From a virus (Duplodnaviria; Caudoviricetes), in the IMG/VR virus record IMGVR_UViG_3300037419_001469, positions 20,786 through 84,785 of that record: DNA of 64,000 nt; one strand, written 5' to 3'. The notes under the pieces were generated by a model. It had not been told where the DNA came from and ran no database searches. It saw nothing but the letters and a program-made list of their open reading frames with translations. Position numbers and translations under genes: made by a program. Positions 9,645 through 18,987 of the stretch are shown piece by piece. Position 1 is the first letter of the stretch. Every line of letters begins with the position of its first letter.

Positions 9645-9896
9645 TTAAAGGCGATCGACCAGCGACTCGATCTCGGGTTGGGGCAAGGTGGTGACTTCCT
9701 TCTTCGGATCGGCCCCGCGATCCTCGAAGTATTTGCCGACCACGCGCGAGGTCGTGCGGCTGTGCCTGGTCTGCGACTTGAAGTAGCCGTGCTCCGGGCG
9801 GTAGCCCGCGACCGGCGTGTCGTGGTGAAACAGCAGCTCGGTGCCGTCGTGGAGCGTGACGGCGATGGCGTTGTTGTGGAATTGGGCGACCATCAT
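9645..9896 (-). CDS. hypothetical phage protein
   Basis: Coupled start; HDTPVAG...SRTTSR motif. Confidence 0.65.
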   Translation of the reverse strand: MMVAQFHNNAIAVTLHDGTELLFHHDTPVAGYRPEHGYFKSQTRHSRTTSRVVGKYFEDRGADPKKEVTTLPQPEIESLVDRL

Positions 9897-10204
9897 TTCA
9901 GTGTCTCCAACAGGATGTCGATCCAGCGCAGTTCTTCCTGCTTCAACCTCATGTGAGGAACCAGGGCCGGCGTGATCGTGGCCAGCACGCCGCGCGCGGA
10001 GGTCAAGGCGGCGACCAGGGCCTCGTGGTTGTTGACGGCCTTGACGATGAATTCGACATTGGCTCGCCGCTTGTCGTCGAACGTGTGGAAACAGGCAACC
10101 TCCCTGCCATCGGCGCCTGCGATGCTCAGTGGGTAGTAATAGGTTCCCCCGGTCCTGATTTCCCACGGTGTCGGTGCCGGTGCGTTTTCAGTTCCCATGA
10201 TCAT
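9893..10204 (-). CDS. hypothetical protein
   Basis: In-operon ORF with GGAG RBS. Confidence 0.65.
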   Translation of the reverse strand: MIMGTENAPAPTPWEIRTGGTYYYPLSIAGADGREVACFHTFDDKRRANVEFIVKAVNNHEALVAALTSARGVLATITPALVPHMRLKQEELRWIDILLETLK

Positions 10205-10472
10205 CTCCGATCAGCTTTGCGTTGATGGCGGCGATGAACACCGACTTCTTCGCTTCGTCATCGAGGAAGTACGGCTCGGGCATGCCGAGATCCTTGGCCA
10301 GCTCGCGCACATCGATGTCGTCGCGCTCATCGCCGTTCAGCACCGGATCTAGGGTGTAGAAGCAGAAGTTGACGCCCTGCTCGATTTCGTCATCCTTGTA
10401 GGTGTGGTACACCTTGACGCCGTCATGCTCGATGAACAGTTCGGCGTCGACTTCGGTTGTCAGGTATGGCAT
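10188..10472 (-). CDS. hypothetical protein (acidic)
   Basis: GGAGG RBS, operon packing. Confidence 0.7.
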   Translation of the reverse strand: MPYLTTEVDAELFIEHDGVKVYHTYKDDEIEQGVNFCFYTLDPVLNGDERDDIDVRELAKDLGMPEPYFLDDEAKKSVFIAAINAKLIGDDHGN

Positions 10473-10481
10473 GTGGGCCTC

Positions 10482-10889
10482 CTAGTAATTGAAGCTGACT
10501 CGAATCTCTACCCGGTACTCGCGACCGCGGATGTGGCGCGCGGTGGCGCTGTAGCTGGCACAGCCGCAGCAGTCATATTCGTGATCGCAGCCCCAGGCCG
10601 AGAACTCGCTTTGCAGCGCGCGAATCATCAGGTCTTTGTCCTTCCAGCCGCGCGGCGCAATCACGCGGTGGACGTAGGTCGGACCATCGGACGGGTCGAG
10701 CTGGTCGATGGCGCGGTCCAGGCCGCGCGCATGACGCAGGCCGTTGGCGATGGCGAAACGGGTGGCCGCGTGGATCTTTTTCGGCTGCAGAACTTTCACC
10801 CGCGCCACGTCGCGCCATGCGTCGAGATGGCGCCAGGTGCCGACATACTTGTGCGTCAGGCGCTCGGACAGGGTTTGGTAGTGGGCCAT
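10482..10889 (-). CDS. hypothetical protein with CxHxxDCCGC motif
   Basis: GAGG RBS; WGCDHEYDCCGC putative metal site. Confidence 0.7.
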   Translation of the reverse strand: MAHYQTLSERLTHKYVGTWRHLDAWRDVARVKVLQPKKIHAATRFAIANGLRHARGLDRAIDQLDPSDGPTYVHRVIAPRGWKDKDLMIRALQSEFSAWGCDHEYDCCGCASYSATARHIRGREYRVEIRVSFNY

Positions 10890-10890
10890 G

Positions 10891-11139
10891 TCACACCTCG
10901 ACGTGGGTCGTGACGGTGTAGGTGCCGTCGTCGCACAGGTGCAGCTTATGCACTGTGGGCGTGTCACCGATCCAGATCGTGAACTCGCCTGACGTGCCTT
11001 CTCCAGATGGGACCAGGGACATGTATTCCATCTCCTCCAGTCTGCGCATCATCTCGAAAGCGTTAAACGGACGCAGCACGACCTCCATCGTCGGTATGGT
11101 CGTACTGCCCTCTTTGACTTCCATCGTCTTGATGGACAT
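10891..11139 (-). CDS. hypothetical protein
   Basis: GGAG RBS, operon packing. Confidence 0.65.
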   Translation of the reverse strand: MSIKTMEVKEGSTTIPTMEVVLRPFNAFEMMRRLEEMEYMSLVPSGEGTSGEFTIWIGDTPTVHKLHLCDDGTYTVTTHVEV

Positions 11140-11157
11140 GGTGCTTCTCCTTAGCGG

Positions 11158-11508
11158 TTAAGGGTTGGCGATATGCCGCAGGACACGGTGCGCCTTGTCC
11201 TTGAAGGCGTTGAGCAGTTCCCACACCTCGCCGGTATCGGTGTGCTCGTTCTTGCGGCACTTGAGGTTGAAGGTTTTCACTTGCTCAAGGTGGTGGCGCA
11301 CCAGGGTCTCCAGGCGCCGATGCACGTTCGGCATCTGTTTCATGCTGCTATCGAGCAGGTCGACCTGGGTCATGCAGCCGACCTCGTCGACGACGTTAAA
11401 CACCAGGGCGTGCGTGGCCGGATGCTGCGCGGCGCGCGCCGCGGTGGCCGCCTCGAGCGGGTTGTTGGCTTCGACATCGATATGCCAGGAGACGCGGTAG
11501 GTTTTCAT
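11158..11508 (-). CDS. hypothetical protein
   Basis: GAGG RBS, ATGA overlap. Confidence 0.7.
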   Translation of the reverse strand: MKTYRVSWHIDVEANNPLEAATAARAAQHPATHALVFNVVDEVGCMTQVDLLDSSMKQMPNVHRRLETLVRHHLEQVKTFNLKCRKNEHTDTGEVWELLNAFKDKAHRVLRHIANP

Positions 11509-11744
11509 TCCTCGCTCCCACTAAGTATGACGACGTCGGACATGTCGATCTCAGCCCCGGAAATCGTGCTCGGGTCGAGGACCATGACCAGGCACGCCTC
11601 CACGCTGATCTCGCCGCCCGGCGCAAGCAGGTCCCGGGCATCCGTCTCCGTCATCCCGTCGACCTCGACGGCGTGTTCCAGCGCGACATCAAACACCGCC
11701 TGCACATCGAAGATGCGCAGGTCCATGATGAATCTGGCTTGCAT
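11505..11744 (-). CDS. hypothetical acidic protein
   Basis: GGAGG RBS. Confidence 0.65.
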   Translation of the reverse strand: MQARFIMDLRIFDVQAVFDVALEHAVEVDGMTETDARDLLAPGGEISVEACLVMVLDPSTISGAEIDMSDVVILSGSEE

Positions 11745-11753
11745 GATTGCCTC

Positions 11754-12212
11754 CTATGCGTGGTACATCACGAATCGCGAATACAGCTCGCCCAACAGGT
11801 CCGAGTTGACCGGAGACGAGGCCCGAATCCAGACGCGGTGCGATCGCTGCATCAGCTCGATCAGGCCACGCGCAGTGGCGTTGTCCGCCCACAGCATCGT
11901 GTGAGTGACGACGAGCAGGTCCTGGGCCGGGATCGCGTAGCTTTTTTCGACGGCATGCTTCGGCGCCATCAGGTTGACGTAGCGCGGCGCCGAATGCGCC
12001 CGGGCCTTGTCCCTTCTCCAGAAGTGCTGCAGCGTCGTCGGCGTGATGCCGAGCACGCGGCTGCCGGCCGGCAGGGTTTCGATGGCGGCCAGCATCGGGC
12101 TGGTCTGGTCCCGGCTCACGTCCGCATAGAAAATCACATGCGAGTTCTTCGTCAGGAATTCGGCGAGGTCGGCCTGTTCGACGTCCAGGGTTGGCGAGGT
12201 AATGCTGTTCAT
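11754..12212 (-). CDS. hypothetical protein
   Basis: ATG 12212 overlaps the stop of the upstream gene. Confidence 0.6.
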   Translation of the reverse strand: MNSITSPTLDVEQADLAEFLTKNSHVIFYADVSRDQTSPMLAAIETLPAGSRVLGITPTTLQHFWRRDKARAHSAPRYVNLMAPKHAVEKSYAIPAQDLLVVTHTMLWADNATARGLIELMQRSHRVWIRASSPVNSDLLGELYSRFVMYHA

Positions 12213-12637
12213 TGCTTGGGCTCCGGAAGGTAAGTTCGTGTGATGGCAGGCAGCAGCAAGCCGTGCTGCAGGGCCAGGTCGTTGAGGGCTTGCGCGACGA
12301 CGTGGAGATTGCGGATGCGGGTGCCGTAAGCGCCGTCGTCTTCGCGTGGCATGTGGGAGTCGTGGATTTCCTGCAGCTGGCACATCAGCCTTGGATGCTG
12401 CATCCAGTCCATGTCGACGCCGTCGCGGCGCAACTTCGAAATCACGGTGAAGGCGCCGACGCCTTCGAATGCATCCCTGTAGGCATAGTCCGGGATCATC
12501 ACGCCGACTGCGCACTTGTTGCCCGCCTCGTCTCGGTAGCAGCAGCCGATGCCCTCGTCGCCGCGCTCGCCCCAGGCTGCGACCTTTTGCGCGAACAGGT
12601 GAATGCAGACCTTGTCGAAAATTTCTTGCTTGGTCAT
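12209..12637 (-). CDS. hypothetical phage protein
   Basis: MTKQEIFDKV..HL..Q...CCYR...KCAVG motif; start follows a family-A palindrome. Confidence 0.75.
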   Translation of the reverse strand: MTKQEIFDKVCIHLFAQKVAAWGERGDEGIGCCYRDEAGNKCAVGVMIPDYAYRDAFEGVGAFTVISKLRRDGVDMDWMQHPRLMCQLQEIHDSHMPREDDGAYGTRIRNLHVVAQALNDLALQHGLLLPAITRTYLPEPKQ

Positions 12638-12663
12638 GGTCATCTCCATTTACGGTAAATGGT

Positions 12664-13122
12664 TCAAGCGGTCTTGGGCGGCAGCTTCTTGTAGGCGATG
12701 ACGCTGCCCCAGGTCACGAAGTCGGCCTGCTCATCGAAGTGCGCGCCGGCCTCGAACCAGACGCGCACGCGATCGGTATCGGCCAGCTCGGAGGGCATCT
12801 TCGGGGTCTTGTCCCACACCAGGCGGTCCGGGTCCGGAATCAGGTTCTGCAGGCCGAACAGGGAATCGTCGATGACGCCGTCGATGTGGCTGATGTGGTC
12901 GCGCAGCTTGGCCATGACCAGGCGAGCATCGGGAGGCAGGAACTGGTCGGCGCGCTGGCTGACGACGGCCTCGTAGTCGGTGGCGATGGAATCCAGGTCT
13001 TCCACGATATTGCGCAGATGCGCGATCAGGTCCGGGACCAGGTTCACCGAGGCGGCGAGGTTGCCCAGGGCGTCGCGCCTGGCTTCGTTTGCTGCTTGCA
13101 CTGCATCGAAATCGATCTTCAT
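12664..13122 (-). CDS. hypothetical protein
   Basis: GGAG RBS; C-terminus resembles the repeat unit of 13661-14746. Confidence 0.7.
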   Translation of the reverse strand: MKIDFDAVQAANEARRDALGNLAASVNLVPDLIAHLRNIVEDLDSIATDYEAVVSQRADQFLPPDARLVMAKLRDHISHIDGVIDDSLFGLQNLIPDPDRLVWDKTPKMPSELADTDRVRVWFEAGAHFDEQADFVTWGSVIAYKKLPPKTA

Positions 13123-13141
13123 GTCACTTCTCCTTTGTTGA

Positions 13142-13339
13142 TCAAGCCAGGACCGTCAAATCCCGGACACGCCATAACTCGATTCTTCCTTCGAGCTTGG
13201 CCAGCTCGCCGTAGCTTGCCGACCGGACCACACGCTCGACGGTGCCGAGGATGACGCCACAGGTTGTGGCGACTTTCACCCTCTTGCCCACGAGCTTGTG
13301 GTTGAACTGCTGCTGATACACCTGCTGTTTTGCCGCCAT
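13142..13339 (-). CDS. small hypothetical protein
   Basis: GGAGG RBS before ATG 13339. Confidence 0.6.
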   Translation of the reverse strand: MAAKQQVYQQQFNHKLVGKRVKVATTCGVILGTVERVVRSASYGELAKLEGRIELWRVRDLTVLA

Positions 13340-13465
13340 GCACGCCCTCCAGATCGAAAGGTGAGTCCCACTCAGTGGGAGTGCCGGACAACCCGACATG
13401 GCAGACGCCTCGGATGCGAAGCATCTGTGATGTCGGCGCTCAAAGGAGCGCCGGATAGTTGCATT

Positions 13466-13657
13466 TCAATTGCGGCGTTTCACGCGGATGTCGCTGCGGA
13501 AGCCGTCGTGATGGATCAGGCTGCGGCGCACGTCATCCGGGCTGCAGGCCGGCGTGAAATACACGGTCGTCAGCAGCTTTTCCCCTGCGGTCTTGCGCCG
13601 CGGGTAGACCCGCGGCGGCACCGGCACGTACACGTCCCAGGCAATGGTCGCGCTCAT
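13466..13657 (-). CDS. small hypothetical protein
   Basis: In-operon ORF. Confidence 0.6.
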   Translation of the reverse strand: MSATIAWDVYVPVPPRVYPRRKTAGEKLLTTVYFTPACSPDDVRRSLIHHDGFRSDIRVKRRN

Positions 13658-13660
13658 GGC

Positions 13661-14746
13661 TCACTCCACGAATCGGTAGTGGGTGATGCGGCAAGGATCG
13701 CCAGGCGGCTCGTCCCACAACCATCTTTCTGGCAATTGCGACATGGTCTCGGTGCCGTCTTTCAGTCGGACCTGGATCTTCCTGGTGTTGAGCGGAGCGC
13801 CGATTGGGCAGGACCGAATGATGTCTCCGACCTCTATCCAACCCTTGCTCGGATTGCGCCACACCATGCGGTACGCGACGATGCGGCCGGTGTTCCCGGG
13901 AGGCAGGTTCCAGACGAAGGACTTGGCGGTGTTGCAGACCTCGGTGCCATCGGCAAGCCGGACCTCGATCAGCTGATTGCCCTCGTATACCGGGGACTTC
14001 ATGTACATGCCAGGCACGTTGATCCACGGCCCGTACTCGGTGTCGGGCTCGACCTCTGCCTCCGGCTTGACCTCGATCTGTGGCGCCGGCTCGGGCATCG
14101 CTGCATCCGCGGCACAGATATAACCCTTGTGGCTGAACCTCCAGGCGACGACGCGCCCAGGGTCTTCCGGATTGCATTCCCAATCGACGTGGTCGACGGA
14201 TGCAAATTCGCTGATGGTGCCGTCCCTGAACAACGCCTCGAATCGGATTCCGTCATCGAGGTCCGGCTTGATCGTGGCATCGTCAGAGATCGTGATCCAG
14301 CCCTCTCCAGGCGGCACGCGCAAGGGTTTGATCTCAGCCTCCGCCTTCGGCGCCTGGTACAGCGCCTCACCGGCCAGGAAGCGGCGCGCGCCGGTCATGA
14401 AGTCATCCAGGAATTCGCGCACCTCGGTACGCGGCATCAGGATGACATCACCGATGCGTTTGTCGAAGTGCTCGACCTCCGCCGCCCAATGCGCAATGAA
14501 CCAGCGCGCATCGGCCTCGCCCTTGAACAAGGGTTGCCCCTTGGAGGCGTAATAGTCAACGATCTCCATCGCCTCGATCACGTTCACGCCGTACTGGCAT
14601 TCGAGGAAGGTCGTCATGTGGGCCGTGACGTCGGCATTCGAGTTGCACAGCGCAAGCAGCATGTCGTGGTAGCACGCATCGATCTTGATCACGCGCTTGT
14701 CGGCCGTCTCGAAGGTGTCGGTCACGGTTGGGTATATCGGTGTCAT
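13661..14746 (-). CDS. hypothetical protein with three tandem W..EVRLxDG..W..IxAYR-type domains
   Basis: Internal triplicated ~60-aa domain; start follows a family-A palindrome. Confidence 0.75.
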   Translation of the reverse strand: MTPIYPTVTDTFETADKRVIKIDACYHDMLLALCNSNADVTAHMTTFLECQYGVNVIEAMEIVDYYASKGQPLFKGEADARWFIAHWAAEVEHFDKRIGDVILMPRTEVREFLDDFMTGARRFLAGEALYQAPKAEAEIKPLRVPPGEGWITISDDATIKPDLDDGIRFEALFRDGTISEFASVDHVDWECNPEDPGRVVAWRFSHKGYICAADAAMPEPAPQIEVKPEAEVEPDTEYGPWINVPGMYMKSPVYEGNQLIEVRLADGTEVCNTAKSFVWNLPPGNTGRIVAYRMVWRNPSKGWIEVGDIIRSCPIGAPLNTRKIQVRLKDGTETMSQLPERWLWDEPPGDPCRITHYRFVE

Positions 14747-14776
14747 GTGGGTCTCCATTTACGGTAAATGGCTTGG

Positions 14777-15253
14777 TCAGCCGATGGGTTCTGGTTCGGG
14801 GTCGGAAGCCTGGCTCGGCACTTCGAGCGGGCGCGTCGTCGCCATCTGCAGGTAGGCCCAGGCCTTGTCGAGGATCGTGCCGAGATCCTTGTTGAGGCGG
14901 TCCGCCACCTCCTTGTCCTTGATGATGTCGGTGACGCCGGCTCGGTGCGTCAGGTGGCCGCCATGCTGGTACGTGGCGGCCGCCTCCTTCAGCGCATACG
15001 CCTGCTTGTACAGGTCGCGGATCACCCACCAGTCCGAGTCCGAGATCAAGGTGTGCTCGAACAGGTCCTTGACCTTGTGCCTACCGATCAGCGTGTCGAA
15101 GTGGAAGTGGCACTGCGCATTGCCGATATAGCCGAAGCCCCAATACCAGCCGCAGTCCCAGGAATGCTTGTGGATCACCAGCGTCTGGCCATCCGCATAA
15201 GTGCCAGCGCCCTGCTTGACCCGGCCCAGGATGATGTATTCGCCATTTGCCAT
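14777..15253 (-). CDS. hypothetical phage protein
   Basis: GGAGG RBS; HSWDCGWYWGFGYIG motif. Confidence 0.75.
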   Translation of the reverse strand: MANGEYIILGRVKQGAGTYADGQTLVIHKHSWDCGWYWGFGYIGNAQCHFHFDTLIGRHKVKDLFEHTLISDSDWWVIRDLYKQAYALKEAAATYQHGGHLTHRAGVTDIIKDKEVADRLNKDLGTILDKAWAYLQMATTRPLEVPSQASDPEPEPIG

Positions 15254-15254
15254 G

Positions 15255-15812
15255 TCAGCCTCCATTACTCAGTTCAGCTTCGCGCTGCGCGATCGCATAT
15301 TCGAGGCGGGCGATGGCAAGGTCCTTGTGATGCTGGTATCCGAGGTGAGACGTTCCCTTGGACAGAGGAAGACCGTGATCCGCAATCAGCATCCGGTCGT
15401 GAGTGCCGCCGCCATAGGTCGAGAACAGACGATCGTAGGCATCCTTGCCGAACAGGGCAGCCATTGCGCCCTCCCTCTTATCCCCATTCTCGTCGAGCGG
15501 CGCAACATCCTCCGCCGTCACGAAGTGCGTGATGCATTCGCTTTTCTCGATCCACATGCCCTGCTTCTGGAAATAGTCGTACAGGGAAATGGTGCCGGCC
15601 AGGCAAAACAGCGTGCCGCATCCGGTCTCGTTCGTGAAAAACGCGAGGTTGAACTTCTCCACGGGCGCCGCCTTTGCGATTTCCAGCGCGACGTGCAGGT
15701 TGCGCAGGATCGGGTCTTTCACACTGAGTATGGCCGGGTCGATGATGGTGGCGATGGGCTTCGTCACGATCTCGCCATAGGTCTTGATCGGGAATTGCAG
15801 TTCGGTGTTCAT
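15255..15812 (-). CDS. hypothetical protein, paralog of 18412-18987
   Basis: CGTLFCLAGT..LYDYFQKQG and DRLFSTYG shared with the paralog. Confidence 0.75.
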   Translation of the reverse strand: MNTELQFPIKTYGEIVTKPIATIIDPAILSVKDPILRNLHVALEIAKAAPVEKFNLAFFTNETGCGTLFCLAGTISLYDYFQKQGMWIEKSECITHFVTAEDVAPLDENGDKREGAMAALFGKDAYDRLFSTYGGGTHDRMLIADHGLPLSKGTSHLGYQHHKDLAIARLEYAIAQREAELSNGG

Positions 15813-15861
15813 GGTCTTCTCCTAGTCAGGGTTTCACTTCTTGGCGTCTCGTCACGCCATA

Positions 15862-16032
15862 TCAGGCGTCTGCATTCTTCAGTTCGATGCGCGCGAGCTT
15901 CTTCAGGGAGCGGCGCTGCCTCCAGTATTCGGTCTCGAACTGGAGCATGGCGTCACTCCAGCTCGATGCGAATATCTGCATGTCCATCAGAACCGCACCT
16001 TGCGCGTCATACGCATAGCCATAGATGCGCAT
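15862..16032 (-). CDS. small hypothetical protein (56 aa, below ORF-track cutoff)
   Basis: Manual translation MRIYGYAYDAQG...KNADA; GGAGG RBS; TGATG coupling. Confidence 0.55.
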   Translation of the reverse strand: MRIYGYAYDAQGAVLMDMQIFASSWSDAMLQFETEYWRQRRSLKKLARIELKNADA

Positions 16033-16169
16033 CACTTCCTCCTTCTCTTTTCATAGCGCGCCTTCACGGCGCTCGGCCGCGACCTCCACAGATCCCACGC
16101 GCGCCGGCCCAGGTGCATCAGCACGGCCGCATACGCCAGGCACAGCAACAACAGCATCAGGTCGCCCAT
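16032..16169 (-). CDS. small membrane protein (45 aa)
   Basis: Manual translation MGDLMLLLLCLAYAAVLMHLG...; one hydrophobic helix and a basic tail. Confidence 0.5.
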   Translation of the reverse strand: MGDLMLLLLCLAYAAVLMHLGRRAWDLWRSRPSAVKARYEKRRRK

Positions 16170-16170
16170 C

Positions 16171-16542
16171 TCAGGTCTCCTTGAAGGCGGTGGCGAGGAC
16201 GATGTTGGTGTCGGATTCGATCACGTCGACAATCGCCGTGTCGGTCGCCTCGCCCCAATTCGCAACCCACAGGCGGGTGTCGCGGTCGACCAGGTAGTCT
16301 CCGCCCTTGTAGCCAGTAATGGTTTTGCCGAGCATGTCGCTGGCGCGGTTGTACAGGTCGAGGGCGGAGATCGACAGGCCTCGGTCATAGGACTCATAAC
16401 CGAGGGCCAGGTCTTCGTAGAAGCCGCGGTAGCTGCGGAACTGCTTGGGCATGAAGAAGCAGAAATCGAACAGGATTTCCTTGGCCGGATCGACGTCCTG
16501 CAGCTGCTCGATCAAGCCGCCGAGGGTGAGGTGGTCAGCCAT
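16171..16542 (-). CDS. hypothetical phage protein
   Basis: LTLGGLIEQL...SYRGFYEDLAL...GYKGGDY pattern; GGAGG RBS. Confidence 0.75.
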   Translation of the reverse strand: MADHLTLGGLIEQLQDVDPAKEILFDFCFFMPKQFRSYRGFYEDLALGYESYDRGLSISALDLYNRASDMLGKTITGYKGGDYLVDRDTRLWVANWGEATDTAIVDVIESDTNIVLATAFKET

Positions 16543-16723
16543 GATCGTCCTCCGTATCGGCAGCCAGGTACTCATTGCCTCGCTCGATGGCAATGTCCTC
16601 CAGCTGGCCAGCATCGGCCTCCCCGACTTCCTCCGGGGTCCAGATGACAACGACATACCCGGCGTCGCGCAGCTGGCGCACGGTCTTGTTCCAGATATCC
16701 ACGTCAGATCCTTTCCGGGACAT
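16535..16723 (-). CDS. small hypothetical protein
   Basis: Overlapping operon ORF. Confidence 0.55.
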   Translation of the reverse strand: MSRKGSDVDIWNKTVRQLRDAGYVVVIWTPEEVGEADAGQLEDIAIERGNEYLAADTEDDHG

Positions 16724-16919
16724 AGTCCCGATTCCTGGCACGCAAGCAGGCAAGCTCCCGGGCTTGCCGCTTGGTCGTGCCGTAGTCGATGCAGAAGGAA
16801 AAGTAGGTCTCGCGCGCGGCCCCGGTCTTACCGGCAGCCGCGCGCCTGGCCTCTATCGTGGTGAAGTAGATCGCCTCCTTGTGATGCCCTTCGAGGGCGA
16901 TGCAGTGTAGGCGGATCAT
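16704..16919 (-). CDS. small hypothetical protein, paralog of 17444-17695
   Basis: LHCIALEG...TGAARETYF. Confidence 0.65.
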   Translation of the reverse strand: MIRLHCIALEGHHKEAIYFTTIEARRAAAGKTGAARETYFSFCIDYGTTKRQARELACLRARNRDYVPERI

Positions 16920-17156
16920 TTCAGCCTCCGATCAGACCGCGAATCCAGTCCAGCACCAGTGTCGGTGCCGAGACGAACACGCAGGCGGCAAGCGTGATCA
17001 GATAGAACACGCCCCGGTTCATGGCTTGCCTCCGACCTGCTCGATGCCGAGGATGATCCCACTGAGTCGGAACATGAAATCGGCATAGCTATTGGCCGCG
17101 GCGAACGTGTCGAACACACGGCCGCCGCAGGTGTAGCGGATGGTGGTTTCCATGTC

Positions 17157-17447
17157 TCACCTCCACACCTGAACCTGGCCATCCGCGACCATCTGGCGCT
17201 CGATCGCGCAGTCTCGCCTCCAGTGGTGGTCAGGCTCCTCATAGGTGCCATCCTTGAGGAAGTAGCCGAGGTCGAGGATGTCGTACCCGCGGACCTCTTT
17301 CTCATCCGGGTATTGGGCGCGGTATTCCTCCAGGTCGAAGCGCGCGATGTCGGCATACTCGGTGTTGTTGCCGTGGCTGATAACGACGCCGGTTTGGGCG
17401 TCGATCGTGATGTCGCCGTGGCTGGAATGGACGGTGGCGGTTTTCAT
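17157..17447 (-). CDS. hypothetical protein
   Basis: GGAGG RBS, ATGA overlap. Confidence 0.7.
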   Translation of the reverse strand: MKTATVHSSHGDITIDAQTGVVISHGNNTEYADIARFDLEEYRAQYPDEKEVRGYDILDLGYFLKDGTYEEPDHHWRRDCAIERQMVADGQVQVWR

Positions 17448-17695
17448 GGCGCGACCTCCGCGAATGCCGGGTTCTTCCACGAGCCTTCGGCCACGTAATC
17501 CTTTTCCCAGGCGGCGTCATCGGCCAGCTCGGTCATCTCGTCATCATTGAGGCCGTCTGCGACCTCCAGGGTGAAGTAGATTTCCTCCTCGGCCCCGGTA
17601 TGCGTTGCGGCGGCGTCGCGGTCCGCCCGGGTGTCGTACCAATCCACGCCGGTCGGCCCATTGCCCTCAAGGGCGATGCAGTAAAGGGTTTTCAT
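17444..17695 (-). CDS. small hypothetical protein, paralog of 16704-16919
   Basis: LYCIALEG...TGAEEEIYF. Confidence 0.65.
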   Translation of the reverse strand: MKTLYCIALEGNGPTGVDWYDTRADRDAAATHTGAEEEIYFTLEVADGLNDDEMTELADDAAWEKDYVAEGSWKNPAFAEVAP

Positions 17696-18075
17696 AGCGG
17701 CTCCCTGTCCCAATCCGACTTCGCATCGTCGGCCAGCAGCTTGACCAGGTACGCATTGAACTGCGCGCGGGTCTTGGTCGAGACGTTGGTGCGCAAACCG
17801 ACCAGGGTCTTCAGCTCGGCCGCCGTGAAGTATTGCGGCTTGATCTGGTCGTTGTCGTCCACGCGCTTGCGCATGGCGCCCCGGGCATGCTCGTACATGT
17901 GGATGCGCTGATAGACCTCGTGCAGATTGGCCGTGGTGATCTCGGTCATACTCACCGACAGCAGCGCCCAAATCGCCGCCTCCAGGTGCGGCTTCAGCGT
18001 GACCATGCCGCCTCCGGCATCGTCGAGGATGGCCGTCTTGTCTTCGACGGCGGAATAGTCGTAATCAAGGCTCAT
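17692..18075 (-). CDS. hypothetical protein
   Basis: Start follows a family-A palindrome/GGAG. Confidence 0.75.
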   Translation of the reverse strand: MSLDYDYSAVEDKTAILDDAGGGMVTLKPHLEAAIWALLSVSMTEITTANLHEVYQRIHMYEHARGAMRKRVDDNDQIKPQYFTAAELKTLVGLRTNVSTKTRAQFNAYLVKLLADDAKSDWDREPL

Positions 18076-18107
18076 GACACTTCTCCATTTACAGTAAATG
18101 CGGGTAG

Positions 18108-18401
18108 TCAGCCCGGGATTGTTTTTGCTGCGCGCTCCTGCTCGATGGCTTTCCAGCCCTTGATAACAACAGACTCGGGGTCGAGAGCCGCCTTCAGCAT
18201 CGACCCCATCATCTGCTGACTGTGGGCGATGGAGCTGTTAAGCAGTTCTATGTATTCAGTCTGGTAATGCTCAAGCTCCTTCACCCTACGGCGCAGGTAC
18301 TGGTTCTCGTCATAGATGGCCAGCACTTCCTCGGCCATCCTGACCACGGACGGCGTTTGCACGCGCTGGAAGTCATCTTCCATATCGAATGGGGATTCCA
18401 T
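18108..18401 (-). CDS. hypothetical coiled-coil protein
   Basis: GAGGAG RBS before ATG 18401. Confidence 0.65.
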   Translation of the reverse strand: MESPFDMEDDFQRVQTPSVVRMAEEVLAIYDENQYLRRRVKELEHYQTEYIELLNSSIAHSQQMMGSMLKAALDPESVVIKGWKAIEQERAAKTIPG

Positions 18402-18411
18402 CTCGTTCTCC

Positions 18412-18987
18412 TCAGCCGCCGAACGTGCGATCCAGCTCGTGCTCGATCCTGGCAATGGCCAGCGCCTTGTGGTCGGCATTGGTCTCGTGGCCCTGCAGCG
18501 GCAGGCCGTGATACGCGATCAGCTCGGCGTCATAGCGGCCCTCGCCATAGGTCGAGAACAGGCGGTCGAAGGCAAGGTCGCGCATTGAAAACGGCGCGTT
18601 GTCATGGTCGGTGCCGCCGAAGATGCGGTTCAGGGTGGCGTCCATGCCGTAGTTGGCCTCGAAAAGGGCGAAGCGCCCGCCGCGGTGCCGGCCGGAGCTG
18701 GCCTCGATGTAGATGCCCTGCTGCTGAAAATAGTCATACAGCGCGGCGGTGCCGGCCAGGCAGAACATGGTCCCGCAGGCGGGCTCGAACTCGCCAGTCG
18801 GCCTTCCGTCTTCCGTGTGCTTTTCATCGACACCGCCGTAGGCGAAATCGGCCAGGTTGAAACGCTCGACATCTGCCGCCTTGGCGATGGCCAGTAGCAC
18901 GCGCAGGTTGCGGCGCACAGGGTCGGACTCAGGAATCGAGGCCGGGTCGATGATGTTCTTGATCGGGAACGTGACGAGGTGTTTCAT
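18412..18987 (-). CDS. hypothetical protein, paralog of 15255-15812
   Basis: CGTMFCLAGT..LYDYFQQQG; start follows a family-A palindrome. Confidence 0.75.
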   Translation of the reverse strand: MKHLVTFPIKNIIDPASIPESDPVRRNLRVLLAIAKAADVERFNLADFAYGGVDEKHTEDGRPTGEFEPACGTMFCLAGTAALYDYFQQQGIYIEASSGRHRGGRFALFEANYGMDATLNRIFGGTDHDNAPFSMRDLAFDRLFSTYGEGRYDAELIAYHGLPLQGHETNADHKALAIARIEHELDRTFGG

